From: a virus
Taxonomy: Duplodnaviria; Caudoviricetes
Reading direction: 5' to 3' (one strand)
Length of the DNA: 64,000 nt
Virus record (IMG/VR): IMGVR_UViG_3300032038_000016
Location: 1-64,000 of that record
The position numbers were made by a program, and so were the translations under genes. Below, one piece after another: positions 27,643 through 36,984 of this stretch (position 1 is the stretch's first letter; the number at the start of each line of letters is the position of its first letter). The notes under the pieces are model-generated. The model searched no databases. It saw nothing but the letters and a program-made list of their open reading frames with translations, and had not been told where the DNA came from.

Positions 27643-27689
27643 ACCATTAATATATTGCCTGTTAATATATTGTCTGTTGACCGTTTATC

Positions 27690-27717
27690 AAACAACCGGG
27701 GTATATCCCGGTTGTTT
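27690..27717. terminator. Bidirectional terminator
   Basis: AAACAACCGGG-GTATAT-CCCGGTTGTTT between convergent units. Confidence 0.8.
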
Positions 27718-27727
27718 TTCTTGTTCG

Positions 27728-29116
27728 TTAATCTTCTTCTAACAATCCAGAGTATTGATGATCATCAATAATCAATGTGATTTTCTTTTTTGTTTTCTCG
27801 TCATTTTTCTGTGCTACCTGGGAAATATCAGGAGCTGTTTCGACAACAATTGGTGCAGGAGGTGGTTCCAACTCTGGTCCACTATCAGTGCTATCACCAT
27901 CATTGTTACTGTTCTTTGGATATCCGTTCAATCCTGCTCTTTTGATGATAGATGGGAAATCCTTGTAACAATAATCCAAGTCAACCTTGCCATTGATTCC
28001 CGGAATACTGCCTGTGAAAGAATATTGCCACATATCATATGCTCCACTATATGTGGTTTGTGCAATATTAATCTGAGCAACCCATACAGTATAATCGGTC
28101 TTTACCGCGTCATTCATATATGTGAACCCACTCTTGGAAGAATAGATCCCAACAAAGTAACCAGCTTGTTGTACAATATTCATGAATGCAATTGCCATTG
28201 CTGAGCATACGTTATTACCTAACTTGAATTGGGATTCTTCTTCTAGATCCAAATATACAGGATATTCAAATTGTTTTCCTTTGATGACTTCTAAGAATGC
28301 GCGAGCCTCTTGTTGTGCTTCGGTAACACTCTTTGCATAGGAAAACCAATAACAACCAACTGGAATCCCAACACGTTTTGCATTTGCATAATTGGTTTCA
28401 AATGTTTGATCCTTTTGAGATGTTAGTTTTCCATAACCAGCTCTGAGGATGACATAATCAACTTGACCAGATGCTTTTAATGTATCCCAATTAATTGTTC
28501 CATTGTGTTTTGATACATCGATACCACGTAACTTTGTACTCATATTGATCTCTCCTTGTTGTTGTGGAAGGGGTGGATGTTCATCCAATACAACTTCATC
28601 ATCCATACATAGATCAACATACTTCTGATAAAATCTTGTACCAAATGCAGCACGACCAGCTTTTGCCGCATCAGATTGATCAGCAGGGTTCTCATAATCG
28701 GTCATAACAATATTAGATGCTTCTGCAACAGAGTTTGTTGAACGAAGAACTCCAATAATCGTAGCAGGGAAGTCATGTTCCAATTCATAGATAATGAAGT
28801 CAAGTTGCATATCCAAATCGCCAATGGACGAATTACGATTCTTGGCATATGTCAACAATGCTCCTTTGCGATAATGATGTGTCCATTGTGCCAAACCATA
28901 ACCAGCTTGATCACGAATGAAGTTTTGATATGTCCCATTATCAACTGCTTGGGTATACGATTCATCATCATACCCCAATGAACGTTCGTACGTATTCTGG
29001 AGATTATGTGGGTTCAATGCCGATTCGGCATACAAGTTGCCCATTAAACCAGCAGCTCCAGCTTTGGTGAAACCATATGAAATGAGCTTACACCAAATTC
29101 GTTGTTCGTTATCCAT
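27728..29116 (-). CDS. Endolysin: phage-tail-lysozyme domain plus GH25 muramidase
   Basis: AAGLMGNLYAES...GYGLAQWT (tail lysozyme), then GIDVSKHNG...VYLDLEE...WQYS...VDLD (GH25). Confidence 0.92.
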   Translation of the reverse strand: MDNEQRIWCKLISYGFTKAGAAGLMGNLYAESALNPHNLQNTYERSLGYDDESYTQAVDNGTYQNFIRDQAGYGLAQWTHHYRKGALLTYAKNRNSSIGDLDMQLDFIIYELEHDFPATIIGVLRSTNSVAEASNIVMTDYENPADQSDAAKAGRAAFGTRFYQKYVDLCMDDEVVLDEHPPLPQQQGEINMSTKLRGIDVSKHNGTINWDTLKASGQVDYVILRAGYGKLTSQKDQTFETNYANAKRVGIPVGCYWFSYAKSVTEAQQEARAFLEVIKGKQFEYPVYLDLEEESQFKLGNNVCSAMAIAFMNIVQQAGYFVGIYSSKSGFTYMNDAVKTDYTVWVAQINIAQTTYSGAYDMWQYSFTGSIPGINGKVDLDYCYKDFPSIIKRAGLNGYPKNSNNDGDSTDSGPELEPPPAPIVVETAPDISQVAQKNDEKTKKKITLIIDDHQYSGLLEED

Positions 29117-29165
29117 AATTCGTTTCTCCTTTCGAAAAAGATTTTACATTTTGGTGATTTTTTAT

Positions 29166-29272
29166 ATTTTTCATATATGTACTATTAATATGACATTGGG
29201 AAACCAATTGTCTTATTTAGTTCCAGGGAAATACAAATCACTATCCCTGTTTAATATAGTCCGAATATCCAC
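29166..29272 (+). repeat. 107-bp direct repeat copy 2: early promoter plus structured 5' leader
   Basis: 105/107 identical to 24551-24657. Confidence 0.92.
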
Positions 29273-29306
29273 ACATAACCAAAAAAAAATTAGGAGGTCA
29301 TTAACA

Positions 29307-30119
29307 ATGGCAAACAACAATCAGAAACCCACAAACAATCAGGAGAGAGCTACGGCTATCTTCGACCTGGCCGTATCCATTAACCACAATACTCGTCTGG
29401 CCAACGAGCTGGAAACCCGCAAGGAAGCATCCGACAAAGCAAATTGGCAGGCTGAGGAATTCTTCCGTGAACTTCCGGAAGCTATCGGCAGTAACAGCAC
29501 TGTGAATATTGCTGGCAATGCTATTGCACGTAATGTGCCTGGTATTGAACAGCTCCTGGACGTTCTCGACAAACTCGGTGTCAAATACTATGAATCTCTG
29601 GAAGCGTCTCAGGTTCTCCCGAAACTGAATAGCTTTTATGCTCAGTTGGTAGGAGATGCTCTCGGTATTGATGATACGAGATTCTTTGAAACACTTGCTC
29701 CGGCTGGTGACATCACAGACTTTTCGAAGATTGCCGACAAGGATTCCAAGACCAACCCCGCTGAGGACGGTATTCGTGAATTCAATCCCGGTGCAGGTGC
29801 AGAACCTGAGGAATGCGGCTGGCATAAGTTCATCCAGGAACTCGATGAGGAAGACGACTATGGTGATGATGACGATGATTGCTGTGTTGAGTTCGACAAT
29901 ACCGATGCTATGCGTTATCTCCGTGAGCATATCGCTGACAAGTCTGAGGATGAGACAGGACATAGCACAGACACTACAGCTGCTGAAAATGCTACCATTG
30001 GCGATATTGTCAGAACCGGAGACATCTTCAAGGTCGGAGACATCTTCAAGGTCGGAGACATCAACATCTCCGGGAGTGTCAATCTCACAATCTCCAACAA
30101 CGTTGTGAATGATGATTGA
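29307..30119 (+). CDS. Acidic hypothetical early protein
   Basis: RBS AGGAGGT; high GC3; GDIFKV repeats (18-nt tandem at 30017-30062). Confidence 0.8.
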   Translation: MANNNQKPTNNQERATAIFDLAVSINHNTRLANELETRKEASDKANWQAEEFFRELPEAIGSNSTVNIAGNAIARNVPGIEQLLDVLDKLGVKYYESLEASQVLPKLNSFYAQLVGDALGIDDTRFFETLAPAGDITDFSKIADKDSKTNPAEDGIREFNPGAGAEPEECGWHKFIQELDEEDDYGDDDDDCCVEFDNTDAMRYLREHIADKSEDETGHSTDTTAAENATIGDIVRTGDIFKVGDIFKVGDINISGSVNLTISNNVVNDD

Positions 30120-30183
30120 TTGACAAAGCAAATGACCCCGCCCAGTTACGGGCGGGGTCTCTCATTAAAGAAAGGAATTAATT

Positions 30184-30990
30184 ATGCTTAGAAAGTATAT
30201 CGATGAGTTGGAAAAGAAACTCAAAGCATTTGTAAACGAAGCCACCATCAAACTCAACAGCTACAAAGAAGTCTGCAGAATTATTGATGATCTTGCTGAT
30301 GAAATTGGAGACGAAATTGGTGTACGGCCACTTTCTGATAGTTACAGAAACAAAGGCTCGGAAATTGAATATTACGAGAAGACTTTCGTTTACAAACCAA
30401 AAAACATTACACCAGCGTTTTATGTAAAATTCTTTGTAGAATTGAATACTCCTGGTATCACCGGAGGGTATCACCATTTAGAAGACATTAACGATATCTG
30501 CGAATTTGTTCAGCAGGAAGATGACTATCCGATGTGTGTTCAGAATATTGGATTTTCGTTAGCATTTGCAGAACTCGATCCATTGCTTCCATTCGACAAT
30601 TTCAGAGGATGTGCGAAATTCACAATTGCACCTATCTATGACATTATCAATGATGAATTCAATGGTGCTCAGTACTTCATTGATGATGAAGACGGTTCCG
30701 TTGAATTCATCCATCTTGTATGGGATGCACTTGATGACGATGACATTGAAGATTACAGACATGATTATGGTGATGAAGCAGCAACTTGGTTTAAGAACTG
30801 CCTGAAGAGTGTTGTCGAGATGTTTGATAAGCTGTTTGGTCGTAATTGGCGTGAATGCGATGAAAACATCTTAGAATTCTACGGTGACCGCTATACTGTT
30901 GTGTTGACTGATGAAGAATTGGGCGAGGAAATCGAATTCGTCAAGAAGATGTTTGAACAGGTTAATGGAGCATTCCCGTTCAACGAATAA
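30184..30990 (+). CDS. Acidic hypothetical protein
   Basis: 268 aa; RBS AAAGGA. Confidence 0.8.
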   Translation: MLRKYIDELEKKLKAFVNEATIKLNSYKEVCRIIDDLADEIGDEIGVRPLSDSYRNKGSEIEYYEKTFVYKPKNITPAFYVKFFVELNTPGITGGYHHLEDINDICEFVQQEDDYPMCVQNIGFSLAFAELDPLLPFDNFRGCAKFTIAPIYDIINDEFNGAQYFIDDEDGSVEFIHLVWDALDDDDIEDYRHDYGDEAATWFKNCLKSVVEMFDKLFGRNWRECDENILEFYGDRYTVVLTDEELGEEIEFVKKMFEQVNGAFPFNE

Positions 30991-31021
30991 TTTGTATGCT
31001 GTACTGTGAAGAAAGAAATAG

Positions 31022-31044
31022 GAGTGGGGCCAATGGCCCCACTC
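31022..31044 (+). terminator. Intrinsic terminator
   Basis: GAGTGGGGCCA-A-TGGCCCCACTC followed by TGTTATTTTTCTTTT. Confidence 0.75.
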
Positions 31045-31087
31045 TGTTATTTTTCTTTTGTTCTTTTATTAAAGGAGGCGAATGTAC

Positions 31088-31270
31088 ATGAATACAATAC
31101 CCGTTGAAATTAGTTGGAACGGTAAAGCCCCCGCTGAGAGTGACGAGGGCAAAACCACGACTAGCTTGGACAAGCCTTTTGTCATCAGCAAATTGGATTT
31201 GTCCATATTAAACGATTCTTTGGGTACTCAGTTTAGACCGATGGTCTGGATTGTAAGCCCGCAGAATTAA
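31088..31270 (+). CDS. 60-aa protein, paralogue of 27463-27642
   Basis: RBS AAAGGAGG; PVEISWNGKAP...DKPFVISKLDLS...FRPMVWI shared with its paralogue. Confidence 0.85.
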   Translation: MNTIPVEISWNGKAPAESDEGKTTTSLDKPFVISKLDLSILNDSLGTQFRPMVWIVSPQN

Positions 31271-31294
31271 ATTAATGTAAAGGAGTTAGATATT

Positions 31295-31894
31295 ATGATG
31301 AAACCAAAATTTGTTAGTGAGTATTTTGAAACACATGACACTAGTGAGAAACCTGAAATTTGTGCAAAATGTAACGGTCAGTGCTGTCGCAACTATGCAG
31401 GTGGCTTTGCACCATGGCAGTTGTTTGACGACGAAAAGGATATCACAGTTGAGAACATCAAGAAGTTGTTGAAGGAAAATCCATATGTTCTTGATTGCTA
31501 CGAGGGATATGAACTCGATGAAGAAAACTGGGATGTATCCGGTTGGTATATCCGCCCAAAGCATAAGCCGTATACTCATTTTATGGACACTGACCTTTTT
31601 GGTATGATGAACATGTTGAGTGCAATCTTTGGTGTATCGACACCCAGCTTCAACAATCATGACGATTTCATCGACCGCTCTTACGGTGGTGAGTGTGTTT
31701 ACTTCGTATCTCATAAGGGTTGCCAGTTGCCGTATGATAAGCGTCCCATCATGTGTCAGAGCCTTGTGGCCATCGATGGTAATTGTTCTTCTGCATTTGG
31801 TAAGCTTGAGTTAGCGAGAATGTGGGAGCCTTGGTTCAATGTAATTGAGGAAGCAATCGAGGAGCTAAACGAAGAGAAGAAAGGAGGCGATTAA
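31295..31894 (+). CDS. YkgJ-like Cys-cluster (Zn/Fe-S) protein
   Basis: CAKCNGQCC...ECVYF...GCQL...RPIMC. Confidence 0.8.
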   Translation: MMKPKFVSEYFETHDTSEKPEICAKCNGQCCRNYAGGFAPWQLFDDEKDITVENIKKLLKENPYVLDCYEGYELDEENWDVSGWYIRPKHKPYTHFMDTDLFGMMNMLSAIFGVSTPSFNNHDDFIDRSYGGECVYFVSHKGCQLPYDKRPIMCQSLVAIDGNCSSAFGKLELARMWEPWFNVIEEAIEELNEEKKGGD

Positions 31895-31895
31895 T

Positions 31896-32621
31896 ATGAC
31901 CAAATTAGATATAACCATCATTGGTCAAGACAACATCATCTATGGTCAAGACAACATCATTTATGGCATGAAACTGTTGTTAGAGCAGGCAATGGAGATT
32001 AATGACACCGAGTATGAATTCTCAGTGCTGTTGAAATATGAAGATGGGACTGAGCATTATGTGCCGGTTATTATTGGAATCGATAGAGAGGAATTCGATG
32101 ACCTGATAGCCTGCACACCTCGGTATTTTGATAATCCCAATTACCCAAAATTCATCAGCCTTCGTTATTTTGATAATATTGAAACCCGCATGTTAAGTGT
32201 AGCGTATATGGATTTCACAGCATTTGTTAAATCTATTACGTCATATATCCAATTATATACACACGATTTCAGCGAAATCTTCAATACCAGAATATTTGAC
32301 ACTGTTTATTTGGGACATTCTCCATTGACATTTGGGGATATTGCTTATGCTAAACACAACGATTATGCATTAAAATCGTTGGTTGAATATCTCAATGTGA
32401 TTTGGGAAAAGTGTGACAGAAAAAGAAAATATGTCGGTGTTGAGACAATCTGGCTGATCGATCAGATCCATGAGAATGACAACACCGATTGTTTCAAGTA
32501 TCTTAGTGATGAATTGCGTGATAAACTGATTGACTTTTATGTGGATGCAAATCCTGAAATTGTTGTCTACTTAATTGAGACAGCACCGCACACCGACCCA
32601 TTAGAGAGATTCAAATTATAA
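31896..32621 (+). CDS. Hypothetical protein
   Basis: RBS AAGGAGG; 21-nt tandem duplication (GQDNIIY x2) at 31922-31966. Confidence 0.75.
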   Translation: MTKLDITIIGQDNIIYGQDNIIYGMKLLLEQAMEINDTEYEFSVLLKYEDGTEHYVPVIIGIDREEFDDLIACTPRYFDNPNYPKFISLRYFDNIETRMLSVAYMDFTAFVKSITSYIQLYTHDFSEIFNTRIFDTVYLGHSPLTFGDIAYAKHNDYALKSLVEYLNVIWEKCDRKRKYVGVETIWLIDQIHENDNTDCFKYLSDELRDKLIDFYVDANPEIVVYLIETAPHTDPLERFKL

Positions 32622-32633
32622 GGAGATGAGATA

Positions 32634-33083
32634 ATGAAAATCGATTTAAACTTCTTTGACGATTTGATGGAGTCGAGTATGATGCTTCATGATATGCCTG
32701 ATACGGTTGTGGCTGATAACCACAACTGTGTTACGACATACACACATCATATCGTATACAATGAGGAAGTCATCAAGGTGAAGATTATTAACCGTATCAA
32801 GATGGGTTTGAACTTGATAACAGCACATCCTGACAATATTCTTGCGGACAGTATGCCGGATGAAGACACACAGGTGGAATGCATTTCCAAGTATGGCGTG
32901 GTCAAAAGTAATGGAATGGATTATATGGTTTTTATGTGCGGATATCTCACCGTGTTATTTGGTAAGGAGAACATCCCACAGAAAGTTGCTGATTCATTCT
33001 ATTGTATCGAAAAACCAATGACAGAAATCATCATGGATGGAACAGATGACCGAATGAAACAGAAAATGAACGAAATGAAATAA
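32634..33083 (+). CDS. Hypothetical protein
   Basis: RBS AAGGAG. Confidence 0.75.
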   Translation: MKIDLNFFDDLMESSMMLHDMPDTVVADNHNCVTTYTHHIVYNEEVIKVKIINRIKMGLNLITAHPDNILADSMPDEDTQVECISKYGVVKSNGMDYMVFMCGYLTVLFGKENIPQKVADSFYCIEKPMTEIIMDGTDDRMKQKMNEMK

Positions 33084-33100
33084 TTGCGGATATTTACTCC

Positions 33101-33125
33101 TTTCAAATATATATAATTAATATGA
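33101..33125 (+). promoter_or_regulatory. Putative early promoter
   Basis: TTTCAAATATATATAATTAATATGA; 21/25 identical to the 24554 copy. Confidence 0.65.
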
Positions 33126-33167
33126 TATAGAAATATATTAATTTATATATAGAAAGGAGTGATTCGT

Positions 33168-33677
33168 ATGCAAGAACTTTATATCAAACTTAGTAAAGAT
33201 CAGATAGTCTTTAAGTATGAGCACTGGGGTTTCACACCATATGAAATCCTCGATGAACATCAGGAGATCAAAGAACTCCGTGACAGAAATCTTACACTCA
33301 TTTATCAAGCACCATTATTCGTGACTAGTCCATATGCTCCTCTAGTAGAAGGTGGTTTGACTTCCATCTCTGAGAATGTGATTCTTATTAATCCCAGAGA
33401 TTTTAGAAGTAAATACTTTCTGGAGTTCTGTTTGTTACATGAATTTGGACATATCACAAGTGGCAGCGGTGATGAGAAAGTTGCCGATAAGTTTGCAGAA
33501 CAACAACTGTTACAGAAATATGACAGAATCAAAACAGATGTTATCATCGGCGAATGGATGCTGGAATACTATCAGTACGACTACGACACTGATGATTTCA
33601 AACAGCATATACCAACTGTTTACAAACATAGGGAGAAAATCATGCGTGATTATCTGAAGAAAAGAATCGCTCCGTAA
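33168..33677 (+). CDS. ImmA/IrrE-like zinc metallopeptidase
   Basis: LLHEFGHI...EKVADKFA; followed by a terminator at 33660-33692. Confidence 0.7.
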   Translation: MQELYIKLSKDQIVFKYEHWGFTPYEILDEHQEIKELRDRNLTLIYQAPLFVTSPYAPLVEGGLTSISENVILINPRDFRSKYFLEFCLLHEFGHITSGSGDEKVADKFAEQQLLQKYDRIKTDVIIGEWMLEYYQYDYDTDDFKQHIPTVYKHREKIMRDYLKKRIAP

Positions 33678-33732
33678 AGGGCGATTCTTTTTTGTACCGT
33701 CTATTACATATTTTTTGAAAGGAATGATTTGT

Positions 33733-34140
33733 ATGCAAGTTTTGAATTCTTGGTTTGATACAAAGTCTTTTATTGCACATTCAATTGGTCAAATCCACAA
33801 TTATTTTTTGTTTGTTTTTCATGATATTAAAGCACTTGACCAAACAGCATCGAAATTTGATCACATATCCAATGTCTATTTTACAAATGATTATCAATAT
33901 CTTAATCTGAATAATTGGGACATCGTAACTGGATATCATTTGAAATTAACAGTCCATAAAGAGGAGAATATGAAATTCGTGACAACAATCCATGTGACAT
34001 CAATTGATCATGATACAGAAACAGAGATTATCAAGGAATACAAACATGATCAATTTGCAAATATTGAATTTGTGATATTTGATTTGATGTATCTATGTGA
34101 AACGAATACCATCGAAGGACTCATTGACAAATTAAGATGA
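33733..34140 (+). CDS. Hypothetical protein
   Basis: RBS AAAGGAATG; ends at the palindrome 34146-34163. Confidence 0.7.
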   Translation: MQVLNSWFDTKSFIAHSIGQIHNYFLFVFHDIKALDQTASKFDHISNVYFTNDYQYLNLNNWDIVTGYHLKLTVHKEENMKFVTTIHVTSIDHDTETEIIKEYKHDQFANIEFVIFDLMYLCETNTIEGLIDKLR

Positions 34141-34191
34141 ATGGAGAGCCCCATATGGGGCTCCTATTAATATTAATCATTTTATAAATAT

Positions 34192-35379
34192 TTATTTCTT
34201 TTTATATTGAATCATTGCCTTGGATGGTGCTGGTGATATCGTGCATGAAAATGTGTTACTACCGATATTCGTTGGAATTTTTTGTGAGAGTGGTAATACT
34301 TCTTCTTCTGGCGTATCGAGGACATACCAAACTGTCACGGGGGTTCCGGCGGAGTATTGGGTGGCGAGGTAGGTTTTGAAATCGTCGTCAAATAATCTTG
34401 TTCCAAAATATAACTTCTGTAGATCGAGTCTGATGAACGCATAACCAAATCTGTATGCATCAGCTGGAATCGTGGGCGTGCTCATAAAATGTGTGCAAAC
34501 TACTTGTAGTGTTGCCGATATCGTTGTAAGTTGGACATTCACGGTGTTAGTCATACTATCCGGCGTCACTCGTTCTTCCCCTGTAAGCACCAGCTTCTTA
34601 ATCCTTCTCACAACCACACCACGATTGTAATCGACATAATCCGCATAGTCGTCAATCTTGTGAAGAGGTTCAGAACCAATATAGACGGGAGTAGTAACAG
34701 TGTTCGTTCCGTTTGTCACCACCACCGGAATTTTGTAGCCGTAGGGAATATAATCACTTCTGACAGAGTCACCCTCAACAAGCATCAGTTCGCTTAGCCA
34801 CTTATTTACAACGGAAAGATTTGACTGAAAAACAATATATTTTGCATTTTCACTTGTTTTAAAAGTATAGTGTGATTGATCTTCGCCACGCATGATAAGA
34901 ATGCTTGGTATTTGGGGGTATCTGTTTTGTTTGGTTGGAACATCATCTGATTGTATTTCGAGAATTCGAAAAATCTTATATGTTCCCTCGGTGGAAAGTG
35001 TGTATTGCGTGTTTGGCTTAACTTGAATCCTAACACTTCTGGAATCACTAGCGTAAAACCAGTTTCCATTACTTAGTATCCAAGCACTATATACTACCGC
35101 CGTATCTTTATCAAATAGATTCTCCGTCTGTTCCCCGCACCCCTGAACCTCAACCGGAGTTTCCGGAGTAGGAGTTCCATCTTGAATTGTGTTTCCATAA
35201 ATGCGATAATTTCGTAATTTGTTACTCGATGTGAAGCATTCTATTGGAAACGGTCCTTCTAATGTCTTCCAATTTTTAAAAACCAGATTCCCAGATCTAT
35301 CATAGATTCTTTCAATATCTTTACCATTCGCATCTTTAATTAATACAACATTTTTACTAATTATAGGATCGATAATCAT
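34192..35379 (-). CDS. Tail fibre/appendage-type protein
   Basis: YGNTIQDGTPTPETPVEVQGCGE..NLFD and YIPYGY...TVWYVL blocks resemble Firmicute phage tail proteins. Confidence 0.6.
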   Translation of the reverse strand: MIIDPIISKNVVLIKDANGKDIERIYDRSGNLVFKNWKTLEGPFPIECFTSSNKLRNYRIYGNTIQDGTPTPETPVEVQGCGEQTENLFDKDTAVVYSAWILSNGNWFYASDSRSVRIQVKPNTQYTLSTEGTYKIFRILEIQSDDVPTKQNRYPQIPSILIMRGEDQSHYTFKTSENAKYIVFQSNLSVVNKWLSELMLVEGDSVRSDYIPYGYKIPVVVTNGTNTVTTPVYIGSEPLHKIDDYADYVDYNRGVVVRRIKKLVLTGEERVTPDSMTNTVNVQLTTISATLQVVCTHFMSTPTIPADAYRFGYAFIRLDLQKLYFGTRLFDDDFKTYLATQYSAGTPVTVWYVLDTPEEEVLPLSQKIPTNIGSNTFSCTISPAPSKAMIQYKKK

Positions 35380-36344
35380 TATGCATCATCCTCCTCATAA
35401 ATACAATAAAAATCGTATTCATTAGTCGATGTTAATTGCTGATATTCGCTTTGTGTTCCAGTCCAAATTGTTTTCATTTTGGACACGTCGACACCGGTTT
35501 GTGCATTGTTGACGTAAATTAATCCATTCCAATCAACAGCAAATGCATTGGAACGATTTGAATCATCCGTTCCATTTCCTATAATAAAAGCATATTGGCC
35601 AGCTTCATCTTTAATATTGTTTCGTCCTTGAACATGTTGTGTAGATGATGATGCGGTTGTACCAATTCCTTCAGCATGAGAATAATCACCTGATGCAGTT
35701 GTACTAAGTCCCTCGGCATGAGAATCCAAGCCTGATGCGGTTGTACCAATTCCTTCAGCATGAGAACACTCTCCTGATGCAGTTGTACTAAATCCTTCAG
35801 CATGAGAATAATCACCTGATGCAATTGTACCTTGTCCCTCGGCATGAGAACACTCTCCTGATGCAGTTGTCCTAAGTCCCTCGGCATGAGAATAATCACC
35901 TGATGCGGTTGTACCAGCTCCTTCGGCATGAGAATAATCACCTGATGCGGTTGTATTTTGTCCCTCGGCATGAGAATAACGTCCTGATGCGGTTGTACCA
36001 GCTCCTTCGGCATGAGAACACTCTCCTGATGCAGTTGTACTAAGTCCCTCGGCATGAGAATCCAAGCCTGATGCTTTATTGGCGGTATAATTATTAAATA
36101 TTTCAGCACCATCACCAGCGGTGACAGTTGAACCATTTATTGTATATTCAGTCCCTGTGACATTTTTACCAACTGCTGTTGCATTTTCCTCTATTCCAGA
36201 TAGTTTTGTTTTTTCAGCAGTTGTATAATCCTCTGTCGATAATCCTTTTCCAGTAATCTTATCAACCTTGATATCAAGGTTGATAAGAATTTTCTGAATA
36301 AGTTCTGATGCGTTTATGTATGACACAAAATTTTCTTTTGCCAT
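35379..36344 (-). CDS. Adhesin-like fibre with YadA-head/Hep-Hag repeats
   Basis: KVDKITGKGLSTEDYTTAEKTKL, about 11 copies of TASGxxSHAEGxxT, then IIGNGT...RSNAFAVDWNG. Confidence 0.85.
   Translation of the reverse strand: MAKENFVSYINASELIQKILINLDIKVDKITGKGLSTEDYTTAEKTKLSGIEENATAVGKNVTGTEYTINGSTVTAGDGAEIFNNYTANKASGLDSHAEGLSTTASGECSHAEGAGTTASGRYSHAEGQNTTASGDYSHAEGAGTTASGDYSHAEGLRTTASGECSHAEGQGTIASGDYSHAEGFSTTASGECSHAEGIGTTASGLDSHAEGLSTTASGDYSHAEGIGTTASSSTQHVQGRNNIKDEAGQYAFIIGNGTDDSNRSNAFAVDWNGLIYVNNAQTGVDVSKMKTIWTGTQSEYQQLTSTNEYDFYCIYEEDDA
35650..36075 (-). repeat. 42-nt coding tandem repeats (14-aa SHAEG unit)
   Basis: Near-identical 42-nt units containing GCATGAGAA...CCTGATGC. Confidence 0.9.
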
Positions 36345-36361
36345 AATTTACACACCCCTCA

Positions 36362-36922
36362 TCATTCGAGAAGAGCAGTTAATGTTGTCATTTGCTCAGT
36401 TGTAAGTGGTTCCGGTGTTGCCTCATCAATCAAATCAATAATAGTAACAGCGTCGGCATCACTCGCATTCCAATCTCCAGCAGCATGACTTTTATTGAAC
36501 TCATATAATGTATTATTATATTTGACAATATCACCAGTTTCATAAGTTTTTTTCTTATCGAAATCATCAACTGAGATCATATCGGAAATCTTTTCGATTT
36601 CAGCATAAATTGCATCGACATCAACAAAAGAACTAATGACATCGAATTTCATGGAGGGTGATTGATCTGTTCCGACATTTACAATTACGACGTTGGTTCC
36701 AGCTGGATACTTCTTACCAGCACCTTCTACGAAATTCGCAGTTGTAGTAAATTCATCGGTTACATTATACACATAACCAGTCATTGCCTTGGTCGGACTT
36801 GCTGGAAGACTTGCAAAAGCTGAATTTCCTTTGACAACATAAGCACCGTTCAGGGCCTTCAGTTTATTACCGATATTTGTCATAAGTTGTTGCGCGTCTG
36901 CATAAGATACAAAATTAGCCAT
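36362..36922 (-). CDS. Virion appendage protein with CBM5/12-like module
   Basis: N-terminus MANFVSY shared with the next gene (MAKENFVSY); FDKKKTYETGDIVKYNNTLYE. Confidence 0.65.
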   Translation of the reverse strand: MANFVSYADAQQLMTNIGNKLKALNGAYVVKGNSAFASLPASPTKAMTGYVYNVTDEFTTTANFVEGAGKKYPAGTNVVIVNVGTDQSPSMKFDVISSFVDVDAIYAEIEKISDMISVDDFDKKKTYETGDIVKYNNTLYEFNKSHAAGDWNASDADAVTIIDLIDEATPEPLTTEQMTTLTALLE

Positions 36923-36984
36923 AATTAACATCTCCTAAATAATATTTTTTTGTTTGGCTTTAAATTGTGAATTTATTAAAGTTA

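Noticed and set aside
29301-30131. Long antisense ORFs (also 12512-13087, 17286-17810, 20724-21233, 51479-51952)
   Set aside because: Shadows of codon-biased genes on the opposite strand, with no RBS or motifs.
24551-31270. Diversity-generating retroelement TR/VR pair
   Set aside because: No reverse transcriptase in the window, and the mismatches between repeats or paralogues are not adenine-specific.
35650-36075. Regularly spaced near-identical repeats as a CRISPR array
   Set aside because: The 42-nt period is in frame, encodes SHAEG adhesin repeats, and has no unique spacers.
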